A DNA stretch of 63,545 nucleotides, filler included, from Octopus bimaculoides (Eukaryota): NCBI RefSeq assembly GCF_001194135.2. It is 6 parts of 6 records of this genome, joined end to end, with 100 filler letters (N's around TTAATTAATTAA, not from the genome) between each part and the next. Parts side by side here need not be neighbours in the genome. Positions count along the whole stretch, not along the records: positions 13,019 to 17,018 come from NC_068990.1; positions 17,119 to 41,546 come from NC_068981.1; 4 more parts are not named here. One strand, given 5' to 3'. Under the pieces are notes generated by a model. It was not told the DNA's origin. It did no database searches and worked only from the letters and a program-made list of their open reading frames with translations. Numbering within the stretch: the stretch's first letter is position 1; every line of letters begins with the position of its first letter. The position numbers were made by a program, and so were the translations under genes. Positions 12,919-25,100 of the stretch are shown piece by piece.

Positions 12919-13544
12919 NNNNNNNNNNNNNNNNNNNNNNNNNNNNNNNNNNNNNNNNNNNNTTAATTAATTAANNNNNNNNNNNNNNNNNNNNNNNNNN
13001 NNNNNNNNNNNNNNNNNNTATACCACATTGACGAACATAAGTTATATTTTTGTGAATGATTGTGTTTACTTGCACGTGAGCGTGAGAGGAAGAGGGGGAG
13101 AACGGGAGCAATGTGTATGTTGTTGTCACAGATCACGTACGTGTGGATGTGTGTGTTTTCACGTTTCAATGTTATGAAAAATAGGTAAAGAATACTGAGA
13201 GGAAAGTTTAATCTATGACGTTGTATGTATCACTTTCTCTCTCTCTCCCTCTCCCTCTTACTCTCTATATTTTTATGTTGAGCGCGTGTGTAAGAATGGC
13301 ATTCCAGGTAGAAGGGAAAAGATATAAAAGTTGCTAGAAACAACAGCCAAATCTCCCTTAAATCAGACAAAGTAAACGGAATTTAAAAAATCTAATTACT
13401 GTACTGGAAAGTTCACATCGAGAAAAATCCATTGATTTTAAAATTTTTACGAAAAAGTGGAAAATGTGGATTTCTATAAACTTTTAAAAAGGCTTCACAC
13501 AGACACACAACTTCACACTTATTATATATAAGATATATATATAT

Positions 13545-13840
13545 AGGCGCGGCACCTTCAGCAAGTGTCATCTACTATACCTTTGGGCTGACCAAAATCT
13601 TGTGAGTGAATTTGGTAGACAGAAACTGAAAGAAGTTCGTCATATGCGTGTGTGTGTGTGTGTGTGTGTTCCTGTGTGTCTGTGTTTGTCACACCCACCA
13701 TAACTTAGCAGTTCAGCATAAGTGTCCGATAGAATAAGTACCAGGCTTACGAAGAATAAGTCCTGGGGGTTGATTTCTTCAACTACAAAGTCGTGCTTCA
13801 GCATCGCCATAGTCAAATGACTGAAACAAGTAAAAGAATA
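13545..13840 (+). mobile_element. SINE family A lacking most of its tRNA head
   Basis: taggcgc is joined directly to ggcaccttcagcaagtg; body and tail match family A. Confidence 0.75.
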
Positions 13841-13850
13841 TACATATATA

Positions 13851-14290
13851 CAAGGGGGTACTCAAAAGTAACTAGAAACGTTCTCTGTGGGTCATGCCCA
13901 TGGTAGTTCAGGTGTCTGCCACTAGAAGCCACTTGATGCAACCCTCAGGCATCCATCTGCTGACCAGTGGCGTCATGTTAAGTCATACTGCCACTACATC
14001 TGTGTTTTGCAATGCTTCTCCCGTGTTTGTCAATTTTTGTGATAGCTGAAGTGAAGGAACAGCGTGCTTCCGAGCTGGGGAAAATGGAAGCCAAAACAGC
14101 TATCATACTTCAAACAGCTTACACAGATGCTGCAATGAGCAAAACACAAGTTTATGAGTAGTTTTCACACTTTAGGAATGATCACTTGTTGCTTGAAGAC
14201 CAACATTGTTTAGGGCAACCACCGGCCTCTCGAATGAATGAAAATATGACAAAAATTCATGAACTAATTTTGGAGAACTGTCGCTGAACA
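13851..14290 (+). mobile_element. Mariner-family transposon 5' fragment (left TIR plus decayed HTH region)
   Basis: TA + CAAGGGGGTACTCAAAAGT end. Translation EQRAS..LGK..ILQTAYTDAAMSKTQVYE*FSHFRND..LEDQHCLGQP..NENMTKIHELILENCR follows the mariner N-terminal pattern. Confidence 0.75.
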
Positions 14291-14896
14291 ACTGACTTAC
14301 TTGAAAATTTTATGGTACCTTCACTCCCTCTTTGACTAAACATATTCGCATATACCATTCTTGTAAATTTTCTTTTACATTTTTTATTACTTATTCACCC
14401 TATTACCCCCATAGAAAAAAATAACCTACCAATTATTATTTTAGTCATTTACTCAACATCCCAAAGAGACACATAAATGAAAAGGCATGATTTAAACATA
14501 TTCAGCCTTTCCTTTTCTTCTCTATGCTCTTCTTCTTATTTATGTATTTTCCTTCACTCTGATTAAGCTCCACGTTCCAGATTGGTATTATTAACAAGTA
14601 TGATGAATATATCAATGACAGTACCATATAACATTGGAAGCAGAAAGAGCTGTTAGATGGGATGCAGTCTATTGGTATTGAATTAAAAAATAATTGATGT
14701 TAGTCACTTGTTGTTGATCAACATTTCTCCATTTTCTGTTTACTTTAAATTTGATGCCTGATAAACGCATGTTCATCTTTGTCATTACCTGTAATCTATG
14801 AGCATAATATACTTGTATGTTCAGGGTTAACAAAGGTAATTATACTGGTTACTGTTATCCCATAGACAGTTATTCCAACCTCCAACTCTACTAACC

Positions 14897-14897
<1 letters not shown>

Positions 14898-14968
<71 letters not shown>
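14898..14968. repeat. (TA)n microsatellite
   Basis: Uninterrupted TA run. Confidence 0.98.
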
Positions 14969-14969
<1 letters not shown>

Positions 14970-14970
<1 letters not shown>

Positions 14971-17018
14971 GTAAAAATATGACACTTATTCAGTAGCCAT
15001 GATAAAACTCCGAGTTTCGGATGCCAGGGTGGGGGGTCCAGCCCAACATCTCTTCAGTTATCCAGCCATTGAAAAGAATAAGAAAAATGCGAGATTCACG
15101 TAGTTCGATATTGTTGATTTTTATGCTTCTATCTCCAAAGAACTGCTAGATAAAGCCCTCACTTTCGCAAGCGGATTTATAGAAATCAGTACACAAGATA
15201 AAGATATAATCTTCCATGCTAGAAAGACTTTACTCTTCAGCGAGAATGCAGAGTGGGTCAAGACTGCCGATACAGAGGGTACTTTCGATGGAGCAGGCAT
15301 ATGCGATCTTATTGGACTATTCCTACTAGATGCGTTGTGCAAGACTTTTCCTAACGTACACTTCGCAATTTATAAAGATGATGCCCTAGCTTTAACCACT
15401 AATACAAATGGACCAGCACAGGATAGATTCAGAAAGAATATTATCCATTTGATGAAAACCTTCAGCCTTAGTATAACTACAGATACCAACCTGACGGTCG
15501 TCAACTACCTAGTTGTGTCCCTAGATCTAAATAAGAATATTTATAAACCTTATAGGAAGCCCAACGATAGACTTAATTACATCAATGTGGGTTCCTGCCA
15601 TCGCCCCATAGTGTTTAGAAATTTAGTTAAGAACATTAGTAAAAGAACATCTAGCCTCTCCTCTGATAAGGACATTTTCAATAGCGTTGCCCCAGTATAT
15701 AATAAGGCTCTAAAAGATAGTGGTTTTAATGAGGGAAAACCTATACACCTACCACCAGTCCAGTAGCAAAAAGAAGAAAGCATAGAAATAGGAAAATAAT
15801 CTGGTTCACACACCCCTACTCACCTGAAGTGACCTTTAATATAGGCAGATATTTCTTGACATTGATAGACAGACACTTTCCAGTTAACCATAATTATAGG
15901 AAGATCTTCAGCACACATAACTTAAAAATCAGTTTCAGCTCAACTGCTAATTTTAAGAATATAATCGCACACAATACACAAAAGTTGCAATATGAAGCCA
16001 GCTGTTCATGCAGAGATAAAAACTTGTGCCTGCTAAATGGAGCTTGCATGTCTGAAACCATCATTTATGAAGCCACCATAGATTCTGTATCGACTAAGAA
16101 TGCAGATTCCACGAAGAAATACGTGGGCCTCACAGAGGGTAATTTCAAGGCCAGATACAATAATCACACTTTGAGCTTTAGGTACTGGGACAAAAGAAAA
16201 ACGACAAAATTATCCAGTCATATATGGTCTTTAAAAGATAAAGGTGTCAGTTACAACATCCATTGGAAGATCTTACTTCGCCAAGTGTAAACCCTACACC
16301 AGCAGCAGCGGAAGGTGCGGTCTATGTGATATGGAAAGATGGCTCATCTGGAAAGGCAGCTTGGACCCTACCACATGTCTAAATTCAAAGACTGAAGTTT
16401 TCGGATCATGTCTACATGTGACCAAATATTTGCTACGTTTTTGGTCCCCCTGAGATTACAGATTGAACTTGCTTTCTATTTTTTTTTTTGTCTCTATATA
16501 ATTATTTCTTATATTTTATATATATATTTTTTAATATTTGTGCTGATGGGCGGCACTGATTGGCTTCCATATTGTGTCTTGCATAAGTTTCTCACTTCTT
16601 ACCTGAATTTTATATTCTTATATTTTTATATTATTATATATTTTTTAAAATTATTTTCATGGTTTTTACATAGTTATAGGGTTAATGAGTTTTTTGTATT
16701 TTTCCACATATAGTTTTCTGTTTTCTCCCCTCCAAACTTTTTTCCGTACGCTCATAGACACGTACAAGGAACTTTATATGTGCGCGCTTGTGAGTGTGCG
16801 CGTGGATGCGCGTGTATGTAGATATATACATGCGTACATTGAGATATGTGCGTGCATGTATGATATACGCAGTTTTAGATACGTTTTGTCACTACACAGT
16901 AATTTCCCTTTGTTCATTTTCCTTTGTTTTTAATTTCCCTTTGTTTTTAACGGTCATTTTTCAAAGGAATTTTCAATGGCTGGATAACTGAAGAGATGTT
17001 GGGCTGGACCCCCCCCCT
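14970..17018 (+). mobile_element. 5'-truncated Penelope-like element (RT plus GIY-YIG endonuclease pseudogene) with an inverted 5' pLTR copy
   Basis: FDIVDFYASISKELL (about 15104), GAGICDLIG, YKDD, YRKPND, IIWFTHPYS, CSCRDKNLCLLNGAC, IIYEAT..YVGLTEGNFKARYNNH, RCGLC..SCLH (to about 16440), with frameshifts. 15031-15075 is the inverted copy of 16970-17014. Confidence 0.88.
15001..15062 (-). ncRNA. Minimal type I hammerhead ribozyme motif in the inverted pLTR
   Basis: Minus strand GATAA-CTGAAGA-GATGTTGGG..CCCTGGCATC-C-GAAA-CTC-G-GAG-TT-TTATC. Confidence 0.7.
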
Positions 17019-17144
17019 NNNNNNNNNNNNNNNNNNNNNNNNNNNNNNNNNNNNNNNNNNNNTTAATTAATTAANNNNNNNNNNNNNNNNNNNNNNNNNN
17101 NNNNNNNNNNNNNNNNNNCTCTCTTTCTCTCTTTCTCTCTCTCT

Positions 17145-17468
17145 GAAAGTATCTGTCATTACAGTATCGAAATGTGATTGTTTCAGTTAGTGGAATAGTT
17201 TCATTTTTAAAGTGAAAGTATTTGACATGAGTGTTTTTGTTTCACTTTTGACACGTAATACTTAAATAGTGGAGGAGATATTATGTTGCCGTGTGCTCGA
17301 ACTCGGCAAGAAGTTAAAAAATTTTTTGGACTAAAACACAACTGGAACCCTAAGTAAGGCATGTGTAAAATTTGAATGAAATTGGTTGCGTAGTTCTCGA
17401 GTTTTAGGGATTCACACAGACAGACAGACAGACAGACAGACACACATTCTCATTTTTATATATATAGA
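17145..17468 (-). mobile_element. Helitron-like/HINE-like non-autonomous element 5' end
   Basis: A|TCTATATATATAAAAATGAG followed by (GTCT)n. Nearly identical to 41283-41546; ends at a gap. Confidence 0.6.
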
Positions 17469-17829
17469 TACTTTTGTTGGTGTGAGAAAATAGATGTAGA
17501 ATAATGTACATTTATTTGATGACTCTTTCATCACTACTTTAGTCAACGAATTATATTGTGTTAATTTTTCCTGTAAGAAAAGGAGACTTAGCCTTTATTG
17601 TATTTGCTGAAAAAATTGTCATAGACTAATATTGATTTTATCTCTTTATCTAATTATTTCTAGCTAGCTTTTTAATGCTTTCTGCTTTAAATGTTAACAC
17701 TAACTCAACTATTGTTTTTCATGAAGAAAGTATCGCTAAATTATTTATTCCCTGAGCATTTTTTCCTATGCAACTCCCTGTACATTCTTGTACATTAATT
17801 TTGTAATTTTGTTACTACCACTTTATCAG

Positions 17830-18705
17830 GTAGGGTGAACACATTGCTTTGATGCTGAGGTCAGAATAAGATTCAAATATGCTTGGAATTGTCTCATGCT
17901 TGCCAGAAATTATGGAAGTGGATGTGCCTCCAAGTCAGTGAACAAATTTACAATTTGACACTCATTAATATAGAGTCATTTCTTATGATGATTAAGGTCA
18001 TGTTTTCTGTTGCACAAGTGTTATTACATGTGCACATGAAGACAACATGCTGGTTCATTGATACCCTCAGTTAGTACCTTATAAACCTTTCTCCTAATAT
18101 ATTCTCTGTTAAATGCATTGAATCATTGCAATGGGTTTGCAATTTAGCTGAAACATGCAATTTAGCTGGAGCTGCACAGTGACATTTAGGATTTGTTATA
18201 GAAAGATTCAACTAGGAACTGTTACATTCAATAATGATATGGTAATGTTACTTCTGAAAATCTTGATCAAAAATAACATTGTTACATACAATTTTTTTAA
18301 GTGCACTATAATTGCAGAAGGTTAATGCTTTCCTCTCAGTGTGATATCAACATTGCAAATACTAATAATTTTAGAATTTAAATTAGTTTGTGACATACCT
18401 ATGTCATGCATAGCTAGTTGTGCAGTAATGGAAACTTTGTTCAATGCATCTGAGCTTATAAAACTGTGAGAACTGGAAGAGTCAATGAGTGTGAAAAGGG
18501 AATGATTGTTTATAATTACCACCTCCTCAGAAAAAGATAACCTACAGTGATGAAGTCATTATGATGATCTTAAGACCCATGAGCAAAGTATTGGTACGAA
18601 AACAGTAGCTGAAATTGGTCTTCAATCATGATTTTTGTTGTTGACATCACACTTTGCAAACATGCAAACCTTGGGAAAATGATCTTTCTTACTATAGTTA
18701 TTACA
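17830..18705 (-). mobile_element. Highly decayed Ty3/Gypsy gag-pol relic
   Basis: Minus strand CNNYSKKDHFPKVC (zinc-knuckle remnant), VIINNHSLFTLIDSSSSHSFIS (aspartic protease LIDSG-like), LNCKPIA, LTEGINEP, NLFTDLEAHPLP (RT N-terminus), in gag-PR-RT order. Confidence 0.6.
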
Positions 18706-19600
18706 ACCATCATCATCATTTAAGATCCATTTTCCATGCTGGCAAGGGTAAGATGGTTTGATTGGAACTGGAGAGTCGAAACTACACCAAGCTCTGTGGT
18801 CTGTTTTAGCATGGTTTCTATGGTTGGATGCTCTTCCTAATGCCAACCAGTTCACAGACTATATTGGGTGCTTTTTATGTGGTACCAGCACTGGTAAGGT
18901 CACCATGTAACTTGCTGGACAAGACCCCTCAACTGGCAGGAGTAGTTTTGAAGGATAGAATGGTATCTTGCGCTAGAGAGAGACATGGCTTCGTCAGATG
19001 GAGAAAGGAGAGGGAGGAGAGAAAGATGAAGCTGTGACAGAGAGGGGCAGAGACAGTACACTCAAGTTACAGGGTAGTGTATATAGTGAAGGGAGCTGGG
19101 GGATTGGAGAGAATGGGTAGGTGGGTGAGTTCACAAGATTTTGAGAGGAGAGTGGGAGCTAGAGGGGGAAGGGGTAGAATTTAACCAGGGTATACTGTGC
19201 AGGTGTGTGGGTGGATATGTGAGGTAAAATGAAGGAAAGTGGAGGAAACAGCAGTGGTGAGCATGGGTGGGTTGTGGGGGTGGAAGGGGGTTGTGGACAC
19301 AGATTTTACTTTGCTGAGCAGGTCTTCTCAAGCACAACATATCTTCAGTTATCTTGGTCTTTTGTCATCTCTGTGAGGTTCAACATCTGAAGATCATTTC
19401 TCACCACTTCATCCCACATCTTCCTGGGTCTTCCTCTGCCACAGGTTCCCTCCATATTTAGACATCGGCAATTCTTAATGCACCTGTCCTCATCCATATA
19501 CATCACATGACCGTACCAGCACAGTCTTCTGCCCAGCACACTACAATTGGTGCTTTTTATATCCAATTTTCCTTTCAAAACATTTACACTTTGTTGTACA
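18706..19600 (-). mobile_element. RTE-clade LINE 3' end, family R1 (RT C-terminus, 3' UTR, (GAT)n tail)
   Basis: ORF 19345-19605 RRLCWYGHVMYMDEDRCIK..EGTCGRGRPRKMWDEVV. The tail motif ggatgctcttcctaatgccaacc and catcatcat lie at 18706-18850. Confidence 0.8.
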
Positions 19601-20293
19601 TGCACAGTTTATACAACTTATACAATATTTCTTGTGATGGAATAAATAGCAATATTTAGATTTGAAAGAGTGAGTTGCGGCAATTTTAAGTGTTGTTTCT
19701 GCAATTTTTGAGTAAGACCAATATACTTGTCTTGATCAGGTGCCACACCTTGAGTGTGTGTAATATTTTCTAAGACACTAACAGTTGAAGGGTGATGAGA
19801 CACTATTGATGAAAAAATCCTGTATCAATTTCTCACAATATTTTTCTCCTGTGACTGGCTGAAAATTTATAATCTTTGCTGAGTGTTTGAAGTCGTCGTC
19901 GTCGTCGTCGTTGTTTAACNNNNNNNNNNNNNNNNNNNNNNNNNNNNNNNNNNNNNNNNNNNNNNNNNNNNNNNNNNNNNNNNNNNNNNNNNNNNNNNNN
20001 NNNNNNNNNNNNNNNNNNNNNNNNNNNNNNNNNNNNNNNNNNNNNNNNNNNNNNNNNNNNNNNNNNNNNNNNNNNNNNNNNNNNNNNNNNNNNNNNNNNN
20101 NNNNNNNNNNNNNNNNNNNNNNNNNNNNNNNNNNNNNNNNNNNNNNNNNNNNNNNNNNNNNNNNNNNNNNNNNNNNNNNNNNNNNNNNNNNNNNNNNNNN
20201 NNNNNNNNNNNNNNNNNNNNNNNNNNNNNNNNNNNNNNNNNNNNNNNNNNNNNNNNNNNNNNNNNNNNNNNNNNNNNNNNNNNNNNNNNNNNN

Positions 20294-20581
20294 CAACGGC
20301 CCCGCACAAGAGCCAGTCCAGGGGCACTGGCAACGGTCTCGCTCGAAAAATTTCTTGTGTCACCCGCACAAGAGCCAGTCCAGGGGCACTGGCAACGATC
20401 TCACTCGAAAGATTTCATGTGTCGCCTGCACATGAGCCAGTCCAGGGGAACCAGCAATGATCTCGCTCGAAAATCCTACAACGGCCCCGCACAAGAGCCA
20501 GTCCAAGGGCACTGGCAACGGTCTCGCTCGAAAAATTTCTTGTGTCACCCGCACAAGAGCCAGTCCAGGCGCACTGGCAAC
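20294..20581 (-). repeat. Minisatellite of ~61-62-bp units (5 visible), homologous to the R1 LINE 3' UTR
   Basis: Unit gcacaagagccagtcc starts at 20304, 20366, 20428, 20489 and 20550. It is the reverse complement of the units at about 31975-32280. Confidence 0.9.
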
Positions 20582-21849
20582 AATAAAAATTCAAGAAACT
20601 CATCTGGTTGTTGTCAGATTCAAGAATTTGACAACTTTTGATATCTTCATAAATTGTAACATAACTATGATTTCCAAATGTGTGATACTTATATGGTGGA
20701 TTTGTTGCACAGAAACTATGTAACCAGTGCTTCCTTTCCTTAAATGCAGCTGGAGTATTTGGACAGTTTCACATCATACAGGGCAAATCAGTTTCTCCAT
20801 GATGAAAATATTGATTGAAATAAATTGAGATAAAGAATACCAATTGAAAAGGCCTTATTTCATTCAAATGATAAAGAAGAAATGTAGTAATATACTAACT
20901 CCATAACAATGAGATATGGCAAATTATCATACATGCATTATCTTATTAGTTCAGTGATGATGAGGAGGTGGAGGAAAGGGAGGAGCATGATGATGATAAA
21001 ATAATAGTTTGAAACCACAATATAGACTTATTTATAGAGTTATTAATACTTATCCATATATAACAGATTCTACATACTTCCCCAGAAGTACTTATCAAGC
21101 ACTTCAATGTCAATACATATAATACTCCCTTTAATGTGTGTGTGTGTGTGTGTTATTGAAAACAAGACTACGTTCTATTTCTTTTTTCCTTTTCGTTCAG
21201 GTTTGATTGTTCATATTCATGTGGGAGTATTGTGTCTGATTTTATTCATTAACACTGGAGTTTAAGTGTTCTTAATGCTGTCAACAGGTTTCTTTTACCA
21301 GTTAAGAAGTTGTTGAATTTAAGTACCATTTATGTAACTGGGATTGCTTTGTGCATATAGAACTTTTGTGTTGTATGTGCATATTTAGCTCCTAGTTGAC
21401 ATTCATACGAAAACGAACATAACAGTATTCCCATGAGTTTTGTCTATAAAATAAATGTGGTTACTTTCATTAGCTTCATTCCACTCAGAATATAAGGAGA
21501 GGAACTCAGAATTCCAAGTGAAAGACTTCACTACTGAAAATATTTCAAGCCTGGATAAACCACAAGTTTGCTTTTAACCCACAAGCTGTATACAGATAAA
21601 TGACAGGAAAAATATCATTGTAAAAAATATCATCCCAGGAAAGAGTCCTTTTCACGATGATATTTTTTCCCAGAAAGATCTAAAATTCTTTTGATCCATG
21701 ATCTGGAACAAAAGTAAGGATTTTAATCAAAATGCAGTATGACTAAACATAATAATTTGAGAATATTACACCCACACTAAGAGTGAAACTTATACTAACA
21801 ATATTAAAACTTTCACCAATGCTGTGGAAAAGCTACATAATGAGAAGAC

Positions 21850-22100
21850 ACCAGGGACTACTGGTACTTAATGTAGACTTTTTATAGAAAGCCACTTATA
21901 CAAACATTTCAAAAAACTATGGATCATCAGATAGACATACAGAACTTTGCTCATACCTTTGAATGAGCAAACCTTATGACCAAGAATAAAAACAAAGCTT
22001 TGGCAGAGAACTACAAACTCATAGCCTACCTTAACATTATGTACAAATTGTACACAAGCCACATGAGCTGACTCTTCCAAGATGATTGTGAGTCACTGAT
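21850..22100 (+). mobile_element. R4/Dong-like RT N-terminal fragment
   Basis: Decayed translation KNKNKALAENYKLIAYLNIMYKLYTS matches the NYRPIACL..YK RT motif. Confidence 0.55.
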
Positions 22101-22345
22101 GCACTTAGTGCACTTGGTTATGTTAGCATATATCTAAGAAACAATCAGGAGACAAGCTAGGATTTTCAAGCAAAGAAAGAAACTAGCTAGCATAACTTTA
22201 TAGATACAATTGGTAACTGAAACAGCAAAAATATGCAAAACTTTCTTAAAGATTAATATATAACAATTATCATTGTTGTTATCCAGTTCCAATGCTGGAG
22301 CTTTTTGTTTCTTTGTTAGAAAAAGACTTGTTCCTTCCAAAAAGA

Positions 22346-22533
22346 ATCATCATCATCATCATCGTTTAACGTCCGCTTTCCATGCTAGCATGGGTTGGAC
22401 GATTTGACTGAGGACTGGTGAAACCAGATGGCTACACCAGGCTCCAATCTGATTTGGCAGAGTTTCTACAGCTGGATGCCCTTCCTAACACCAACCACTC
22501 CGAGAGTGTAGTGGGTGCTTTTACGTGCCACCA
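22346..22533 (-). mobile_element. R1 LINE 3' tail fragment
   Basis: catcatcatcgtttaacgtccgctttccatgctagcatgggttgg...ggatgcccttcct. The same tail occurs at 47235, 52105 and 53470. Confidence 0.8.
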
Positions 22534-22592
22534 GCACATACATACATACATACATACATACATACATACATGCATACATACATACATACATA

Positions 22593-23405
22593 TCTGGTGC
22601 ACAAAAGGGACAGAGGTGCAGAAAGAACACCAAAATGTGATAACTGATGCAGACTTTGTGGAGTTAACATAAGCAGTTGTCCAAAAATGTAATTGTTGTA
22701 TAATCTACTGATGAGACATGTTGTTGTAGTCAAGACACTGTATAAAGAAATCAGTAAGAAGGATAATCCTGTGACCAAAGAAGTAAGAACACACAGTATG
22801 GTAGAGGTCATAGCCACTCATAATATGAAAAAATACTGGTTGAATGTCCCAGTGAAAATCTCAATAAATGTAAACATAACAGACCTGACATAGTGATTTG
22901 GGATAAAGAAGAGAAACTGTGTACAGTAGTGGAAATCAGCTGCCCAGCAGATGTTAACATAAAACTAAAGATCAGCGAAAAAGAAAACACTTACACTGAA
23001 CTATTGAGAAATTTACAGTTACTCTAGTCGGATTACAACTCAGGTTTATATTCTGGGTAGAGTTGTTGCAGGTTTCAAAGTAGTATTAGGGCACTGGGAT
23101 ATATAATGCACTGTCTAAGTATCAATCTTGAGAAATTAGGCTCCTCAAAACCAGAAAGGAGAAAACTGATTCAAAGATTACAGATCCTAGCTATCAATGG
23201 AACTGTAAAAATTTGTAAAACTTTCCACAAGCTTATCATTAAAGTATATACGCGCATGTCTAGACATGTGGCTATATGCATGAGAACACATACATAAAAA
23301 AAAACATACAAATTTGCACATGCACTGACTCCAAATACTGCACATATACACACATATATGCACAAATACCCTGTTGATGTTGGTGAAATTCCAATGAAGG
23401 AGCCT
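22593..23405 (+). mobile_element. Second R4/Dong-like copy (endonuclease region and 3' UTR)
   Basis: Aligns to 7627-8250 and 8801-8830 of the first copy, and begins directly after a (CATA)n tract (22537-22592). Confidence 0.85.
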
Positions 23406-23445
23406 ATATCGTACATATATAGAAACATATATAACATATATACAT

Positions 23446-23866
23446 TAGGCGCAGGCGTGGCTGTGTGGTAAGTAGCTTGCTTACCAACCACATGGTTCTG
23501 GGTTCAATCCTACTGTGTGGCACCTTGGACAAGTGTTTTCTACTATAGCCATGGGCCAACTAAAGCCTTGTGAGTGGATTTGGTAGATGGAAACTGAAAG
23601 AAGCCTGTCGTATATATGTATATATATATATATATGTATGTGTGTGTATATGTTTGTGTGTCTGTGTTTGTCTCCCCAACGTTGCTTGACAACCGATGCT
23701 GATGTGTTTACGTCCCCGTAACTTAGCAGTTCGGCAAAAGAGACCAATAGAATAAATACTAGGCTTACAAAGAACAAGTCCTGGGGTTGATTTGCTTGAC
23801 TAAATGCGGTGCTCCAGCATGGCCGCAGTCAAATGACTGAAACAAGTAAAAGAGTAAAGAGTAAAA
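23446..23866 (+). mobile_element. tRNA-derived SINE, family A, full length
   Basis: taggcgcaggcgtggctgtgtgg head, GGTTCAATCC B-box, (GTAAAGA)n tail. Confidence 0.88.
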
Positions 23867-24023
23867 TATGTATTATATACATTACATACATACATACATA
23901 CATATGTACATACATGCATAAGTACCTACAGGTATATATACTTGCTCACACAAGTATACATATACACATGCGTACATGCATACACAGACATTCACACATG
24001 CACATACATGCATATACACACAT

Positions 24024-24066
<43 letters not shown>

Positions 24067-24402
24067 CCAATACCACCTACCCACCAGACATTATAACAAA
24101 TTCTATTGACGGAATAAATAAATAAAATAATGTAATCTATCCTGCATTAGGGACATTTTCAGCTTTTCCTCTCATTACAATGGAGCACTACTAAAAAGTA
24201 GCTTTTACGAAGAAACGTTTTATAAGGAGTGCCTTTCTCAAAACAGCAAACCCCAAAAGATGAATATATAGTTCATCCCACCAGAGACTATAACTGTAAA
24301 AGATGAACTTAACTGGAAATATTCCTGTCATTAATAGATAAGCATCATAACTAAGATTGTGAATTAGCAGAATTGTTATGGTGTTGGAAAAAATACCTTG
24401 AA

Positions 24403-24621
24403 CTTTTAGCATCCAGGTTACTCTGTAAAATGGTTATACTTATTTATTCATGCTGTTTTGAATTAATTGTGCACTATTGTGTGGCTTTGAGATTTCAATA
24501 ATGTGATTGCCTATTTCTGAATGACATTGCAAAGTTGGTATGGGAGGCCAGATCTGACTGATTTGAACATAAAACAAGTAGAATATTTGATTCGGATATG
24601 GCTGGTTTAAATGCTAAAGGA
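24403..24621. mobile_element. piggyBac-type MITE, family M1
   Basis: Ends ..ttttagcat / atgctaaaggattaa; homologous to 52807, 52933 and 54485. Confidence 0.65.
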
Positions 24622-24629
24622 TTAAGAAT

Positions 24630-24760
24630 TTTGTTCTGGATCTCTGTAGTCTAAATTCAAAACATACTGAGGCCAACTTAGCCTTTCATCTTACTGGGAT
24701 CAATAAAGTAAAGTACCAGTAAAGTACTGAAGTTGATGGAGAAATATTACCTTACTTGGA
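24630..24760 (+). mobile_element. Old SINE, family C (conserved central domain)
   Basis: gccaacttagcctttcatcttactgggatcaataaagtaaagtaccag. The same motif is at about 27300, 33640 and 41765. Confidence 0.55.
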
Positions 24761-24880
24761 ACCAGATGTGGGTTGGAGATGGAAGGGCATCAGCCTTAGA
24801 ATATCTGCCTCATTAAACTCTACATGACCCATACAAGTATGGAAAAGTAGACATTAAAATGATAAAAAAAAACGGTTTAA

Positions 24881-25100
24881 CCCTTTCGTTACCAACCCGG
24901 CTGAAACCGGCTCTGGCTCTGAGTAAAAATGTCTTGTTTTCATAATTTTTGAATTAAAATCTTCCACCAAACTTTAGTCACATCTTATGTTTTTAACACT
25001 AGCTGAATGAAAACTAAGTTATTTTACTAAATTCTTTGTTATATTTAAAGCAATTGAAAGAAATACAGAGCATCTCAAAATAAATACAGTAACGAAAGGG
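24881..25100. mobile_element. piggyBac-type MITE, family M2 (220 bp)
   Basis: TTAA|CCCTTTCGTTAC ... GTAACGAAAGGG|TTAA: perfect 12-bp TIRs with TTAA target duplication. Confidence 0.9.

Noticed and set aside
12963-12974. TTAATTAATTAA islands inside N runs (also 17063-17074, 41591-41602, 56819-56830, 62357-62368)
   Set aside because: An identical 12-mer with stops in all six frames, always flanked by Ns, is an assembly gap spacer and not biological sequence.
15990-16430. Selenocysteine (in-frame TGA) recoding as reported for some Naiad PLEs
   Set aside because: The conserved Cys positions here use TGT or TGC.
20294-20581. CRISPR-like array
   Set aside because: There are no unique spacers, the context is eukaryotic, and the units match a LINE 3' UTR.
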